DNA of 63,924 bases, filler included, from Lenisia limosa (Eukaryota; Protista; Breviatea), in NCBI GenBank assembly GCA_001655205.1. It is 15 parts of 15 records of this genome, joined end to end, with 100 filler letters (N's around TTAATTAATTAA, not from the genome) between each part and the next. Parts side by side here need not be neighbours in the genome. Positions count along the whole stretch, not along the records: positions 9,503 to 20,673 come from LPNZ01008185.1; positions 20,774 to 24,797 come from LPNZ01007021.1; positions 24,898 to 28,313 come from LPNZ01005806.1; 12 more parts are not named here. One strand, written 5' to 3'. The translations under genes were made by a program, and so were the position numbers. A model generated the notes under the pieces. That model had not been told where the DNA came from, did not search any database, and saw only the letters and a program-made list of their open reading frames with translations. Positions within the stretch are counted from its first letter, which is position 1; each line of letters begins with the position of its first letter. Below are positions 12,601 to 25,199 of this stretch, piece by piece.

Positions 12601-15600
12601 GTATTATTCCGCCTACCTTCCACCCATAGCAGCAAGGACAGCAGATAAGGCCAAGGCACCTCCTTGACGGAGGGCAAATTCCTTCTGTTAGGCGTTACGG
12701 GGTTGTTACACTATAATTGGAGCACTTGACATGTCATATTATTAATTCTATATAATTGGAGCACTTGCCCATGTCATATTGATTTAATACAACATAACTT
12801 AGACCCTAGCAACAACACCACTATAGGCCTCTCAGCATACACCACAGAGGAACTCCTTAAGCCGGGCAACGATTTCGGCCTGAGACTCCTGCGACATGGG
12901 CTTGACAAGGGAGGCGAGAGAGGCGGACACTGAGATCTGAAGATCGTAAGGGGTGTCATTCCGGTGCAGGAGAGGCAAAATATCAAATAAACCTGTTTTT
13001 TCCATTCACCCAAAAGCTTATCGAGGGGAATTACCTAGGGTATAATGTCAAAAGTTAACTGTGAATATCAGTGGAATACATCAACACCAATTACAACAAT
13101 GATATGAACAAAATGGTGTTTCATACAAATACATGTGTATGACTTGAACAAAGCACCACAATATAATATAATAACCAATAACCAGTCTTGATTAGTTACG
13201 TAGCATCAGACCTGGACAACTTCTGAGGGGGTGCGGAGGGCAGAAATAAGAAGTTCCAGGGACTGTGCTCTGGAGAGTGAGAGAGGGGGGTACTGTTTTG
13301 AAACTATGGAGAAAGGTGGGGAGAGGGGGGTGAAAAGTACAAGACAGTTGATCCGCATAAAATCCTGGTGAAATATTGCTATATTACAATATCAATGTAC
13401 CACTCGGTATGAAGGAATAAAGAATACTCAGACCTCCCACCTTTGTTCGGAGTCAACAGGCAGCCTGTTGGCTACGTGCCCCATAAGAACGACTCGAAGC
13501 TGCGTTGGTAAAAGGGAATGATGAGTGACGTAAAATTGAACACGCTTCTCCATTTTAATCAACTTTTATTGCTGAATGTGCTCGAAGAAGTTTCTCAACA
13601 ATTACATCCATTAATAGTACAAAATGTATCCTATGTGTACGCTAATCCCCGGAACAGCCTGCCACGACTCACCTGGTGGGTATTGTCACTGCATGAGGTT
13701 GAAGCTTGGTCCACGAGAACCTTCAACTCAGTGATCAAGCCGCTAAGCTGGTAATTTGGGTGGAGCGGATTCTTTTGATTACAAGTGTTCACTGAGGTGT
13801 GTGTTTTAATGAGAAATGTGCCAGTTTAATGTGCTTATGTAGACACAATCAAAAATCTCATCACGAACTCCCTTAGGTTGGAAACAATCTGTGCTAAATA
13901 GTTATTTCCCATCCCCCCCATCCCCCCCTACGCGATCAGCTTCTGCTCGTTGTGGCTCTCCAGGCCAGACCGGCAAAGCTTGTTGGCTGCGGACGTGACC
14001 TTTTGGCTGACGTCAGCAAGGACCTGGGGGGAGAGGGTCAATAGATAGCCAATATAAAGGAACGTGTGGGGGAAGACGTTATTGAACGGCGAAGAAAAAG
14101 ACTATGTTTAACAATTGAGGAAACACACGAGGTGAATTCCAGAGAATTCAGGAGATGTCTGGGGGAGAGGGGGAGGAGAAGGATGGCGAAGAATACTGAA
14201 ATCGAGAGATGCCCCCCCCCCCCCNNNNNNNNNNNNNNNNNNNNNNNNNNNNNNNNNNNNNNNNNNNNNNNNNNNNNNNNNNNNNNNNNNNNNNNNNNNN
14301 NNNNNNNNNNNNNNNNNNNNNNNNNNNNNNNNNNNNNNNNNNNNNNNNNATGAGGGGGACACAGGGCTCAATTGCCGCCAAAAGAGCAAGACGTTGGGGC
14401 TCTGTGTCTGTGCAGGATGAATATGAAGTCCAATATCAAACAATTTAAAGCGAACAGTCCCTCCCCCACCAGGGCACTTCAAAGCGTAGCCAAGAGCGTC
14501 CTTCTTGGCAATAGTGGCCATCTACTGAGTCAGTATCATCATGTCAAATAAGGGAACAGTCTTGATCAATACAGTTTGGGCTTCACTTCGGTTCGAAAAA
14601 GACCGATAAAACATCGATAGTTTAGGATTTTCGAGAAATTCAGTATACAGTAGTAAATCCCCACCTTGTAGAGGTCAACGAAGCGGTCCTTCATGTGATC
14701 GAGAACATTGGGGAATGTAACAGACGTTTCCTTGAGTCCCCTAAATCGTCAGCAGGAATGAACGGACATCATCAGAGCAATATTGAACATTATTCCTGAA
14801 CAAAGTAAAAAAAAACAAGAAAACAAACAGTGCCCAACTCTAACACAGCACCATCACATTAAGCAACAAGAGCCTCAAATCAACCCACTGAGCGAAGGCC
14901 TGGACGGCGACAGAACGCACAAAGGTTGAGGACGACTCCATCAGGGGGAACAATTCGGTCCAGAAATTGTCTTGCACTGAGGTGAAAATGAAAAATTTAT
15001 AAATAAAAAAAGGCACAGAATCAACTCTGTTGGCGAGAAACACATGAGCTTTGAAAACGACAAAACAAACATAGGTCGCTTATGCAGCACCGCATCCAAT
15101 CACTCGTTAAATTGAGGAAATAGTGAGCATAGCAGCTCACCATCATTCAACTACGATATGGAACATTACTTCCACTCCCCATGGAAACTAGATTGTCTCT
15201 CTGCACCCCCTCGCACATTTCCACTCGGGGAGGAGAGCAACAAGAGGGCTGTGATCAGCGTTGGCAATGGACGAGAAGTAGAGGTAGGCAATTGCCGTCT
15301 GGAGGGTGGGGGGAGGTATGAAAAATGGATATTTATGAAAAGCAAACAAAACAAAAACCCAAAATCCACAAGCAGAATTGAGTGGGGTATAAACTGAGTT
15401 CAGAAGCTAGTTATCAATAAAGGCCGTATCTGCATCTAACAAAAATTTGCTTTGAACTGCGCATTACGGGGTTCCATACGGTCCGAAAAAAGACCGGTCA
15501 TATCAAAAAACACAGAGGTTTTTTTCGAGGAATTCATTATTACCTTATGAGAAATGTCGGTGAAGGTTGCACCATCACAACTAGCAAGAGCACTGTGGGC

Positions 15601-18600
15601 AATAGCCCTGGTGTTGGCTGACGTTGAGTGTAAAGCCTCCAAGAATGTGGCTGCAAGCTGGGGGGGGGGGTCACACCCTCGTAATTATCCATTATCTGGT
15701 TACTGAAAAGATGTTGTAATAGGGGTGTATTTACAAGCGTTTCTTCAGAAATATCAATTATTTTGGGCTACCCAGAGGTCCAATAAAAACGATTCAAAAT
15801 GACATAATATTGCAACAACGTGTTGTTTTAAAAAAGACAGGCGATAATGGGGTTCGAACTGACCTTGTGATGGAAAGACATTTGGTTCATCAGCTCGGTG
15901 GCAAGCTCTGAGAGGACCACCTAAAAGATTGAATTAAGCTCTGAGGACCACTTAAAAAAGATTGAATTAAGCTCTGAGAGGACCACCTAAAAGATTGAAT
16001 TAAGCTCTGAGAGGACCACCTAAAAGATGGAATTAAGCTCTGAGAGGACCACCTAAAGGATTGAATTAAGCTCTGAGAGGACCACCTAAAAGATTGAATT
16101 AAAGAAGGCAAAGTGTTGAAACGAGGCTAAAATCAACACCNNNNNNNNNNNNNNNNNNNNNNNNNNNNNNNNNNNNNNNNNNNNNNNNNNNNNNNNNNNN
16201 NNNNNNNNNNNNNNNNNNNNNNNNNNNNNNNNNNNNNNNNNNNNNNNNNNNNNNNNNNNNNNNNNNNNNNNNNNNNNNNNNNNNNNNNNNNNNNNNNNNN
16301 NNNNNNNNNNNNNNNNNNNNNNNNNNNNNNNNNNNNNNNNNNNNNNNNNNNNNNNNNNNNNNNNNNNNNNNNNNNNNNNNNNNNNNNNNNNNNNNNNNNN
16401 NNNNNNNNNNNNNNNNNNNNNNNNNNNNNNNNNNNNNNNNNNNNNNNNNNNNNNNNNNNNNNNNNNNNNNNNNNNNNNNNNNNNNNNNNNNNNNNNNNNN
16501 GTTCTATGAAGGAGGCACGCAGAAAGCTGTGTGCAGAGTTGTAAGATGATTGGCTGAATACAAAGTACACTATAATCCAATATATCTTGTAAGCGTGATG
16601 GTGCTATATGAACCATCAAGCCGGCATACGAGCGATTGGAACGAATGACTGCATCATATAGACTATGTGAGAGATCTGCTCATATGACAGGCTGGTGGTG
16701 GAGATGGCGTGCAGCAGGATGGGCGACACCAAGGCCACAATCTCAGGCGACGCGAGAATCTAAGAAATCACTCACTGTCCTCTGAATGTCGATAGAATGC
16801 TAACTTCAAGATTCAAACTATCAGCCCCTTTGCCAGCAAACTTGAACAGGCAGGTGGCTGAGAGCAGAAGAGAGACGAAGACTCAACTCCTTCGTTTCTA
16901 GTAGGTAAGTAAATATGCTCAGTTCGGTGAAGAGCTGCAACTTATCCACAAGAAATCTTATTATTTTCTATGAATATGTTGGTCTTCACTATCCTTATGA
17001 GGTCAAAATCAGTCAAATAAACCCCGAAAACAAAACAATCCACATGCATCACAGGATCCAGCTCAAACGAGACAATCTTCAACCCACCGGCAAAGCGACC
17101 TGAGTAAGCACCTTCAGAGGTGAGGACTAGGAACAGGGGGGCAATGAGCTCGTAGGCGAATCCAGGGGCAATCCTAAAGGATCAGGAATATCTCTTAATG
17201 GTAGTGTTATTGGTAAAGCAACAATATTTTTTTAATACAGTGACCGGGATAAGTCTTGAGCGATTTTCATTGTGAAATCATCCAGCAATTCGGTTAAGAC
17301 TTCTCCCGGCCACGGTATATTTGCTCTTTATTAAAAAAGAATCTTACCTCTTGTGCACCGATTACAAATCAGTGAAATAAGAACGAAAAGCTATTCCAAA
17401 GCACCCACCTGGTGAAGATTGTTTCAGTCACCTGAGACACGGCTTCGGCGGTAGCATCACAATACGTTTCTGAAGACACAAGAACAGAGCATGACGACAG
17501 GAAGATTGCCAGGGAATGAACGGGGGTAGCGGCCGAGTGGACGGAAATGAGCGAAAGAAGGCGCTTCACCTGAGGGAGTTAGATATCTGCAACTGTACAT
17601 AAAGGAAATCAGTCATTCGAAAAAGGCACATACCACCAGTTGGTACCAACGTAATGTGATAATAATAGAAACGAGTACTCCAGTCAATCAGAAAAATTGT
17701 ATTCTTTTGTACTTACAACCCAACTTCAAAAGAAATCACATTCAACAAACATAACCACAGCCGACCTGTCACAAACATAACCACAGGCGACCTGTAAGAA
17801 AAATAATCATTGCACACCTGTACGGGCTCCACAGTGTCCAAAGCCGCCACCGAAGCAGCAAGCTTGTCGACGAGGATGGTCATGACGGAGTCGCGGGCCG
17901 ACCCTGAGAGGTGGCTCAAGCTGACGTCACCGGTCTGGCCAACTAGCTCGTCGGCGAAGGGGATGGTCTGTGTGTGTGGGGGGAGGGGTGAGATTGGAAA
18001 ATTTATGAAACACATTACCCAAAATCTCTGTTGGCTGACTAAAAAGGTTGATAACAACAACAAAACANNNNNNNNNNNNNNNNNNNNNNNNNNNNNNNNN
18101 NNNNNNNNNNNNNNNNNNNNNNNNNNNNNNNNNNNNNNNNNNNNNNNNNNNNNNNNNNNNNNNNNNNNNNNNNNNNNNNNNNNNNNNNNNNNNNNNNNNN
18201 NNNNNNNNNNCCAAAACCAATTCATTTGGTAACATTTGTGGAAAAAGGGGGGGGGGGTATTGGCGTAAAGATACTGCTCAAGAACAGCATTTCGATTATT
18301 ACATTTGAGAAAACGAGATCACCACCACGCCCCTCCATCCCCTCACCATGCAATCCACGGGTTCCTTGCGGGGGGTCTGGACCGCNNNNNNNNNNNNNNN
18401 NNNNNNNNNNNNNNNNNNNNNNNNNNNNNNNNNNNNNNNNNNNNNNNNNNNNNNNNNNNNNNNNNNNNNNNNNNNNNNNNNNNNNNNNNNNNNNNNNNNN
18501 NNNNNNNNNNNNNNNNNNNNNNNNNNNNNNNNNNNNNNNNNNNNNNNNNNNNNNNNNNNNNNNNNNNNNNNNNNNNNNNNNNNNNNNNNNNNNNNNNNNN

Positions 18601-20590
18601 NTGGCGGCGCGTCGGAGCTTGAAGAGTGCCACTGTCCTGAGGGGTGATGGCAATCTTCCTTATTTGTGCGGAAGTGGGGTATTTAGTTACGGGAAATAAA
18701 ACAAGGGAGTGATCAAAGCCATCCACACCATTATCAGATATACTCTATGATATATAGCTATATATGATATATATATATATATAATACATGTATGTGGGTC
18801 CTCAAAGCTCCGGACACCATTCAAAATTCCCGGACACATCAAAACTCCCGGACAGCTTGAAGTTAATGCCTTGCATAGGACATTGCTAGTGTTTTTTTGA
18901 AAATCTGTTTCGACAGATACAAAGAGAAAAGGTCCTCCTAATGTTCCCTAACTTTTTCAATTTTGAGCAAACGTCAAAAATCCGTGAATTTGGTCTCCCG
19001 GGGGTCCCCCTTTTGCCTTTTCACAGGATTTTTTCTGAATCTTACCCTCTTTTAAGTGTTAAGAAACAAAAATTTGCACCCCTCGGAGTATTTGGTTCCG
19101 TGGTTCCCATTTGCTTTGGCTATGTAATGGTGAATTTTGAGAGAAAACAAAATAGCACTGTCTACAAGGGTAAACTTTCCCGGATAGTTGCCATTTATTC
19201 CTTGAATGTGGCCTTTTATAACGGTTTTTTGCTTGTTTTTGACAGTATTTGGACCATTAACAGATAGCTCAGGGACTTAATTTGGTTTTGACCCGACAAT
19301 ATGTTAAATTGTGGTTTCATGCTTTAATTAAGATTGAGATTACTCTCGAAAACAAAAGGGAAGTAGGGTTTTTGGGTGGTTTATGGTGATTTTGTAGGGG
19401 AAAACTCAAGCTGTCTAGGAGTTTTGATGTGTCCGGGAATTTTGAATGATGTNNNNNNNNNNTATATATCACAAAAGGGCTTCACTTCGGTTCGAAAACC
19501 GAGTGAATTTCTCTATAACTCCTCGAAAACTATCGCTATTTTACTGGTCTTTTTCGAACCGAAGTGAAGCTCACTATATAAAAGATGGATTATATTTTAA
19601 TGCACCCAGTCATTTGCTAATAAAAAACTCTAAAAAGTTCGTATACAATAAAAAACCCTCATTGCGATAGGGTGGAGAGTATTAGGTTCTCAGCATGTTT
19701 ACGAAAACAAATCCACAAGACAAAAACAAAAACAGAATCGCGATATTTCAATATTGTGGAATGAGGCAATTTTTGAGGTAAACCTACTTGTCAGATTCCT
19801 CCCTGATTTTGGGTGCTAAAGTTTCCAGAACCTGAGCCAGTCCCTAAGGAAGTTAGTAAAGGAATGCGAAAAATGCCAAATCACAGATGGGGACACAATG
19901 CACCGGCCGACTTAAGCGCCCCTCATCATTCATCACCCCGGTGATAGCATTCACACCTCCCCCCTCCCCCCCCCACGGTGATAGCGGATGAAGGGTCAAT
20001 GTCAGCAACAATGTTGAGGAAATCGAAAGACGCAATTGTGGTTCCAGGCTGGGAGGGGGGTTAAATTGGAATATTTATGGAAATAAAGAAAAAAGAAGCC
20101 CAAATCGGCTTACAAGTATACAACAAAACAAGGTCAGGTCAGTCCCAAACACACCACTTGAACAGCAATGAGGTTGAAGGCCTTTGACAGGAATGCAATG
20201 TCAGTGATGGGCGCGACTAAAGAAGTCAGAGGAAATGCCTCGCGTTTGTTTGGTAACTTCAGGTTGTAATTCCACAAGACGGTTTTGGTCAAGAATTGCG
20301 GAATCCTTAAATCCCTCCACAAACCGGCACTAAAAATCCCTCTACTATGGAAATACAAAATCCCCCGCCTTCCCATTACAAAATCCACACTACAATCTCA
20401 CCCCCTAGAAAAACTGACCCCCCACTGTTGAAGTGACCCAGGACGGCAGAGGCAGCGATCAAGGCAACAGGCAAGTGTGAGGGGGCAAGACGCGGCATGA
20501 AAGTGTCTACAAGATCGGTTATGTTAGGTAACAAATTTGTCGGGACAAAATCAAGTCTTGGGTTTGTATCTGCGTTTCTGTTACTTTGGT
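9644..20590 (-). CDS. GCN1: eIF2-alpha kinase activator GCN1 (HEAT repeats), partial, many exons
   Basis: Exons match remembered GCN1 segments in order: TPSEVVQ; GAFLCYEALSSSFGRLFEP; LGDSSRNVREAA...LSGHGVKL/VLPTLL...WRARAG/AVSLLALMAHCAPKQLSS; HTIDAPSLS; DSIPEVRTSASRTYGSMVK; GESAFGDLTKWL. Exons above about 16.9 kb are assigned only by strand and continuity. Confidence 0.92.
11770..11844 (-). repeat. Perfect 36-bp tandem duplication spanning a GCN1 5' splice site
   Basis: agactacccccgcaccaagcttgacaccatggccag occurs twice. Confidence 0.95.
14578..14645. mobile_element. MITE family D, truncated copy in a GCN1 intron
   Basis: GGGCTTCACTTCGGTTCGAAAAAG left end; right TIR absent. Confidence 0.75.
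14977..15105 (-). repeat. Intronic repeat family B copy ending at a GCN1 acceptor
   Basis: Sense reading gatgcggtgctgca...gccaacagagttgatt...tttcacctcag, then the exon resumes (V)QDNFWTELFPLME. Confidence 0.8.
15903..16100 (-). repeat. 33-bp x6 tandem array spanning a GCN1 3' splice site
   Basis: Sense unit aattcaatcttttag|gtggtcctctcagagctt; the last unit continues into exon VVLSELATELMNQMSFHHK. Confidence 0.92.
16509..16620 (+). repeat. Dispersed repeat family C. Other copies at about 32092-32300, 37585-37690, 38618-38679, 41868-41935 (minus), 60455-60540
   Basis: Shared core ggaggcacgcagaaagctgtgtg...gagttgtaag...tactataatccaatatctcttataagcgtgatggt. Occurs in both orientations relative to host genes. 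Confidence 0.8.
17968..18067 (-). repeat. Intronic repeat family B copy ending at a GCN1 acceptor
   Basis: gtcagccaacagagattttggg...tttcataaattttccaatctcacccctccccccacacacacag|ACCATC (TIPFADE). Confidence 0.8.
18797..19452. mobile_element. About 650-bp non-autonomous DNA transposon-like element with long TIRs
   Basis: cattcaaaattcccggacacatcaaaactcccggacagcttga (18818-18860) is inverted at 19404-19452. CCGGACA occurs three times in the left arm. No ORF inside. Confidence 0.7.
19477..19572. mobile_element. MITE family D copy
   Basis: GGGCTTCACTTCGGTTCGAAAA...TTTTCGAACCGAAGTGAAGCTC. Confidence 0.9.
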
Positions 20591-20875
20591 CAGACAAAAC
20601 ACACCGACAATGACCAAACTAGGTAAGAAACACGGCCGTACACCCAGGAGCCAACGCAAAAAAAAAAACGGGCNNNNNNNNNNNNNNNNNNNNNNNNNNN
20701 NNNNNNNNNNNNNNNNNTTAATTAATTAANNNNNNNNNNNNNNNNNNNNNNNNNNNNNNNNNNNNNNNNNNNNATAGCACCCTGGCGAATTACGACATCA
20801 CCCTTCGTCATGATCACGTGGAAACTGTAGCCCACTAGTTCATGGATCTGGAAATAAATGTTATTAATGTAAGAA

Positions 20876-22990
20876 TTAGGAAATAATGAAAGAAGTATAC
20901 CTGGGAGTCCACAAGACCAAGATCTGTAAGAGCCTTGAAATATCCTCCGGTGAGCGGAAATCTGAAACTGTCATCGATTTGAATTTTATATAATTACATC
21001 TACAGATACAACAATATCCTCCAGCAAACCTCTGCAGAATTTGTCGAGTAGCATCGCTCAATCCCTCTACTGGTGGTACGCCTACATCATTACAATCCCC
21101 ATCGAACATCTCCACCGCAATATACACATGAAAATGTCTATGCATTGATTTGAATAGTATAATATTCCCACCTCGACTCTGATTGCCAACTACCGAACCC
21201 CCAGTTCTAAAAAGTCAGAATGGCGTGTGTTATATTAAAAAAAAAGTCCAGTGAACTGAAAAGATGCACTAATTGATGCTTTTTGAAGAAAAAGATATCA
21301 TAATAGAGATAATGTAGAATGTAGATCCTACCCTGGTCGAGGTGTTGTGCTGGTTTTCCTATCAACATGAACAGGACTGCCCCTTTGCATGGCTTGTGTC
21401 TTTCTAAAAAGGATGAGATATCCTTCTTCTTGAGAAACGACAAAGCAGATCCATTTAGCATAGAAAAAAGTGGAGAGTGTCACGAGGTATTTTTGCCTAC
21501 ATTCTTGACCTTGATGGGGGCCGTGGATTTCGAGGAGATGATGGGGATGGGGAAGTTTCTAAGTTCGATGAGTAAATGATGAACAAAAGGTAGTCTGAGA
21601 ACTTGATAGTTTTCGTAGTTAACAATTCAAACGTATACGACATATCAAGAGCACTATCTCATTTTACACCCCTTGGGCTTCACTTCGGTTCGAAAAAAGA
21701 CTGCATTTCTTGATATATCCTCGAAAACTATCGATATTTTATCGGTATTTTTCGAACCGAAGTGAAGCCCTATTCACCCCTCTCTCCAACGGTTGAGAGT
21801 GGTAAGACGCGTTTGAGTTGGATGCGCCCCAATTGGAGCCTCCTCAATAGCGGGTGCAATGTCACGGACGGGCCTTAGGGATAAAATAAGGGAGTAAGAA
21901 TGTTGATAGGTCAGATAGATGATAAAACACCTCTCCTCCCCATGCAATATTCCCCACTTGAATTCAGGTGCAGGCCGCCCTCTCGAGTCCGATGCGGGCG
22001 TCACCATTATGCTCTCCTTCGACTGCAACAATCGGACAATCTCCGGCTCTTCCACGTCTTCTTCTTGGGGGGGGGGGGGNNNNNNNNNNNNNNNNNNNNN
22101 NNNNNNNNNNNNNNNNNNNNNNNNNNNNNNNNNNNNNNNNNNNNNNNNNNNNNNNNNNNNNNNNNNNNNNNGTGACAACACGGTTGATAACAAAACAAAC
22201 AAAGCCCAAGCCAGCCGATTCTGCAGCACCGCATCCCAGTGATTTATGTCAGCTCAACAAAGTTCATTAGAGCCTAGTCCACTTCATTTTTAGTGGTATG
22301 CTGGGCGAGAATACTGTAGTAGAGGGTGATGGTGGCGAATGGTTGGACAAAAAAATAAACATCAAACAAAACCGACAAAAACCTCGACCAACCCTCTACA
22401 AAACCTCGACTCGGCGGCCTGCTGACGATGGGCCCTGGGCGATTGGGGGTGACGATACTGTTTCGTCGCGAACTGGGCGCTGGGGGGGGGNNNNNNNNNN
22501 NNNNNNNNNNNNNNNNNNNNNNNNNNNNNNNNNNNNNNNNNNNNNNNNNNNNNNNNNNNNNNNNNNNNNNNNNNNNNNNNNNNNNNNNATCTGTTCAGAC
22601 ATTGCATCCTTCTGAAACTGGGTATCATATTAATCATGAACATCATACTCAAATACAAAAACACCAACCTGATTTCTTAGGTTGTGCGAAAGAAGGAACC
22701 TAAATCATCAATGTTACCCCATTGAAAAGGTACTGGTTTGTGAATTGAGAGGGTTACTGTGCCTGAAACAAAGTATTGTGTTTTTGTAGCCTAAGCGTAC
22801 AGTATGGTTTGGGTACAGGAATGAAAACAGTATTATATTTTTGTAGCGTAAAACGTACAGTATGGTCAGGGTGCAGGCGATTGGTGATAGCCATCCGCTT
22901 GGAGGCTACTTGTGATTCAAAACTGTCGTCATTCATAGTCAACGGACGGGCTATGGGGGGAGGGGGAGCATTGGGGAAGTATAATGAAAG
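20876..22990 (-). CDS. Unidentified multi-exon gene, Pro-rich middle region, partial
   Basis: Protein-like AG/GT-bounded frames: EEDVEEPEIVRLLQSKESIMVTPASDSRGRPAPEFK; KSMTVSDFRSPEDISRLLQILVLWTPR; MNDDSFESQVASKRMAITNRLHPD. Confidence 0.5.
21675..21770. mobile_element. MITE family D, best-preserved copy (96 bp)
   Basis: Perfect 23-bp TIR GGGCTTCACTTCGGTTCGAAAAA; right flank TA. Confidence 0.92.
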
Positions 22991-23335
22991 TTGGCAAGAA
23001 ACAAAACACAAATAAGGCACATGAGAGTGAGAAAACAATACCACAGTAACGTAACACTCAAAGCGCAGCTGGAGTGAGGTGTATGTGCATGAAGTTAACT
23101 GTCAACCTTGGTTTGATACGAATGCTTGTGAAACACATAATGAAGCAGAACCCAACAAATCACCAGCCTAATCAGCCGTTTACCTTGATATTGCGGCGAG
23201 GTGGGAGGGGACAGAGGGGCTGATATAGTAAGATCCAGTTTACAAAAACGACACATCGATGACAATTTGAAAATGAACTACTTAATGTAAAACACTTATC
23301 ATCGAGTGTCAGCATAGATTATTTTATCCCCAATA

Positions 23336-23430
23336 GGACTTCACTTCGGTTCGAAAAAAAGACTGAATTTCTCGATAAATCCTCTAAAGCTATCGATATT
23401 TACCGATGTTTTTCGAATCGAAGTGAAGCC
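23336..23430. mobile_element. MITE family D copy
   Basis: TA|GGACTTCACTTCGGTTCGAAAAA...TTTTCGAATCGAAGTGAAGCC. Confidence 0.88.
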
Positions 23431-25199
23431 TTAATCCCCCCCTCACAAGGTGATGACGCTAAAGACTTCGGCTGCAGGGGTGTGAGAAAAAATGGTGAGA
23501 AATATTGATACAATCATCAATGCCCTGTAACCGATTGTCTGGGTGCACGTCGCCTGGCGGATCCCTTAGGCTTTGGCGAAGTAGGTTGACGGGGGGCATT
23601 CTGGGGTTTAAGCGATAGAGAAGTAGCATTATGTAATCTCAGAGAATTGAAGGGGATTTTGGATAACGTTCCTTCTTAGGGAGGAACAAGAGGGCAATAA
23701 ATTATTACAATAAGCATATTATACTAATATAGGGTTTTGTTATCAAATATGATATACGATATTATATTATGTAATATATTACCCCTCCCCCATACTGGTG
23801 ACAATAGAGTGTCACTGGTTCGTGAAGGTCTTGATTGCCGTGGGGGGCTAAATGTGTAAGGATATATAATCGGTTCAAGAAAAGTCTGAATCTCTCGATA
23901 AATGCTCAAAACTATCGACATTTTATTAGTATTTTTCTGACTGAAGTAGTTTTATCTTTACAATAAATAATGATACTTCTCCATCATAAAGCACCTCCCT
24001 ACAATGCGACAGTTGCGTGACGCTGTCGTGGCGCAGTGCTGCGCAGTTTAGAGAATATCAAAGGTGAAATGGTTTGACGGGTTCATATAAATAAAACTAT
24101 TGTGAACATAGAGCATCTTCATAGTTTTAACCAACTTTAGATGGCCACTGCTTGAACGTGTGGAGGTGGTCTGAAAGAAATGTGAGTGGTGATATTCTTC
24201 CACACTTATTATTTTTTTATTAGCTTATCAAATATTTTTATTCGCCCAAAACCTTGGGTTTTGTTGGGGGGAGGTTCGAGGCAAGAGCAGTGCCTGGAAG
24301 GTCAAGGCAATTGTAATAATAAAGGTCTTCTAAAATAAGGTCCCCACATCATCATCATCCACATGAATACTAGATTATGATCAACATCATCATCCACATA
24401 AATACTAGATTACGATAAGCATCATCATCCACATGAAAACTAGGATTACGATCAGCATCATCATCAAGATTACTCATCATCACCACCTCCATCCCATTTT
24501 ACCTGATAGAGAAGACAGACTGGTGGTAGCTATAGGAAGATCCCATAAAGAGCTCATGGAAATAGTAGAGGAGTTGGGGTAGAACTCAATATCTGGTTCA
24601 ACCACCTGCAATGGTCAACGAAGATTCATGATTTCGCTGACACTGTATATTGAAATTCTTGAGTGAAATCGTGCCGGTTATGATCATTTCATAGTCAAGG
24701 TTATATATACAATATTCAAATTGACTCTGAATGGTGTTGGTGATGGCTGTGACTGTCGGGCAAAATCTATTTCTTTTTTCATAAATACAATGTCATTNNN
24801 NNNNNNNNNNNNNNNNNNNNNNNNNNNNNNNNNNNNNNNNNTTAATTAATTAANNNNNNNNNNNNNNNNNNNNNNNNNNNNNNNNNNNNNNNNNNNNCGG
24901 GGAGTACAGGGTTCATTCTTGTGTTTGCTATATAATATATGATATTTATTGAAATAAATACTCTCAATGAGCGTGCGTGTGTGAGGGGGGGTTAATGAAG
25001 AATAAAGAAGTACAACCAAAATCGTTAATTGCCTAGCTTTAACACTTAACACAGTTTTTTTTCCCAAAAAACAAACCAGTCAAACAAAAAGAAAATGTCC
25101 TGAACCCCACCTCAGTATTTGGGCTAGCATTACGAATGACCGCAGTGATAGGGCCGTCTGTCCAGCTTCCTAAGGGGGAATCCTAGAGGACATTATAAT

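Noticed and set aside
15903-16100. CRISPR array (also 59568-59712)
   Set aside because: Head-to-tail repeats with no unique spacers, in a eukaryotic intron, with no cas genes.
15890-16111. ORF of SQSLIQSFRWS repeats as a repeat protein
   Set aside because: By-product of the 33-bp array in an off frame; GCN1 uses another frame at the array end.
21675-21770. tRNA or SINE call from GGTTCGAA (B-box-like)
   Set aside because: The motif is part of a TIR present at both ends; no cloverleaf or A box.
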